From Azolla caroliniana (taxonomy: Eukaryota > Plantae > Polypodiophyta), in the NCBI GenBank assembly GCA_043228905.1, contig JBHGNT010000004.1, positions 8,246,001-8,310,000 on the forward strand: a DNA stretch of 64,000 nucleotides, read 5' to 3'. A model generated the notes under the pieces. It made no database searches. It worked only from the letters and a program-made list of their open reading frames with translations, and had not been told where the DNA came from. Shown here one piece after another: positions 63,301 through 64,000 of the stretch. Made by a program: the position numbers and the translations under genes. The number at the start of each line of letters is the position of its first letter. The first letter of the stretch is position 1.

Positions 63301-64000
63301 ATTTCTCCCCGGAAAGTGTTAGGTGCACATCTTCTAGCTTTCACAACACTTTCTCGCAAGCATGAATATGGTCGACCACGAACTTTCGGCATCCCCGATC
63401 ATCCATAGTCTCATCTTTTTCTTCGACCGCGCATCCTTTCATCGGAATGTCATCGAGGAACGGCATCGTTATCTCCGGAATGCAGTCTCGAAGCACCTTG
63501 TTCATCGCGTTCATCATATGAGCAACCGAGTTTGTCGCTCCTTGTGGTAGTGTGCACATTCGGACTAATCCTATCGGTGTTCGCATGGTTGTGATGTCTC
63601 GGCTCTCCACGGCTAGTTGGAATTGGTCATACCCCGAGTATAGGTCTCCGATGGAGTATATCGCACGACCGGCAAAAGCTTCCGCAAATTCGTCCACTAT
63701 CGGACCGACTCCCGAGTTCCGGATCGTGACCTTATTCACCGGTTGCAAGTCTTGGATAAATCGGAGTGACCCATTCTTCTTCGGAACCGTAAACCATCGA
63801 TTTGAGTACGGAGCAGTTGATGGCTCTAGAATCCCCATCGCCACCTTCTCCTTGAGCAAGTCAATGACTTTCGGAATATGCGCTCATGGCACCGGAATCG
63901 GCTTCAGATTCCACGGTACATGGTCAATCGTAAAGATCACCATCGGCTCCACTATTCTCGGATCGACGCACCCTATCTCCCTTGATGTAAATGCAAACGC
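60316..64000 (-). mobile_element. Gypsy G (same lineage as A/B), 3' LTR 60316-61019, continues beyond the window
   Basis: LTR TGTCGTG...TACGACA, PPT GGAGGGGGCGAG, pol homologous to A/B; left flank ACGT. Confidence 0.94.
60977..64000 (-). pseudogene. Gypsy G pol (RT-RNase H-integrase), nearly intact
   Basis: The 783-aa and 172-aa ORFs are in the same frame, broken only by TGA codons at 63341-63343 and ~63884 (likely CGA>TGA). Confidence 0.92.

Noticed and set aside
347-63550. Antisense ORFs overlapping the retrotransposon pol genes
   Set aside because: Shadow frames of gag-pol; not conserved between homologous copies A, B and G.

Overview
This is eukaryotic plant DNA; the TE repertoire suggests a seed-free land plant such as a fern, lycophyte or bryophyte (inference). 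About 85-90% of the window is nested transposable elements around one intact host gene, a 4-exon class III peroxidase of the Prx21/Prx42 type (45268-47115). Left nest: Copia A0 holds Gypsy A (itself containing a solo LTR) and Gypsy B; chromovirus C sits in B's 3' LTR; Copia D's 5' LTR sits in C. Right nest: Copia H holds Copia J, which holds Gypsy F (containing a solo LTR), which holds Copia D's 3' LTR (containing Tcn1-like Gypsy E). The two nests meet inside D, which has no TSD. After the peroxidase: Copia I (with a solo LTR and a RING-carrying TIR transposon, flanked by a 239-bp duplication), a second TIR-transposon end, Copia K and near-intact Gypsy G. Main findings: (1) a fungal-like, tRNA-Trp-primed Gypsy lineage whose seven insertions all sit at 4-bp NCGN (CpG-centred) targets and which has a conserved G_GAU_UUU -1 frameshift site after protease; (2) antisense tRNA-like A/B-box modules in the U3 of several LTR families; (3) a palindromic heat-shock-element array in the Tcn1-like LTR; (4) a GGG-terminated, 4-bp-TSD DNA transposon carrying a RING-H2 exon. 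All coordinates were read by eye and may be off by a few bases.
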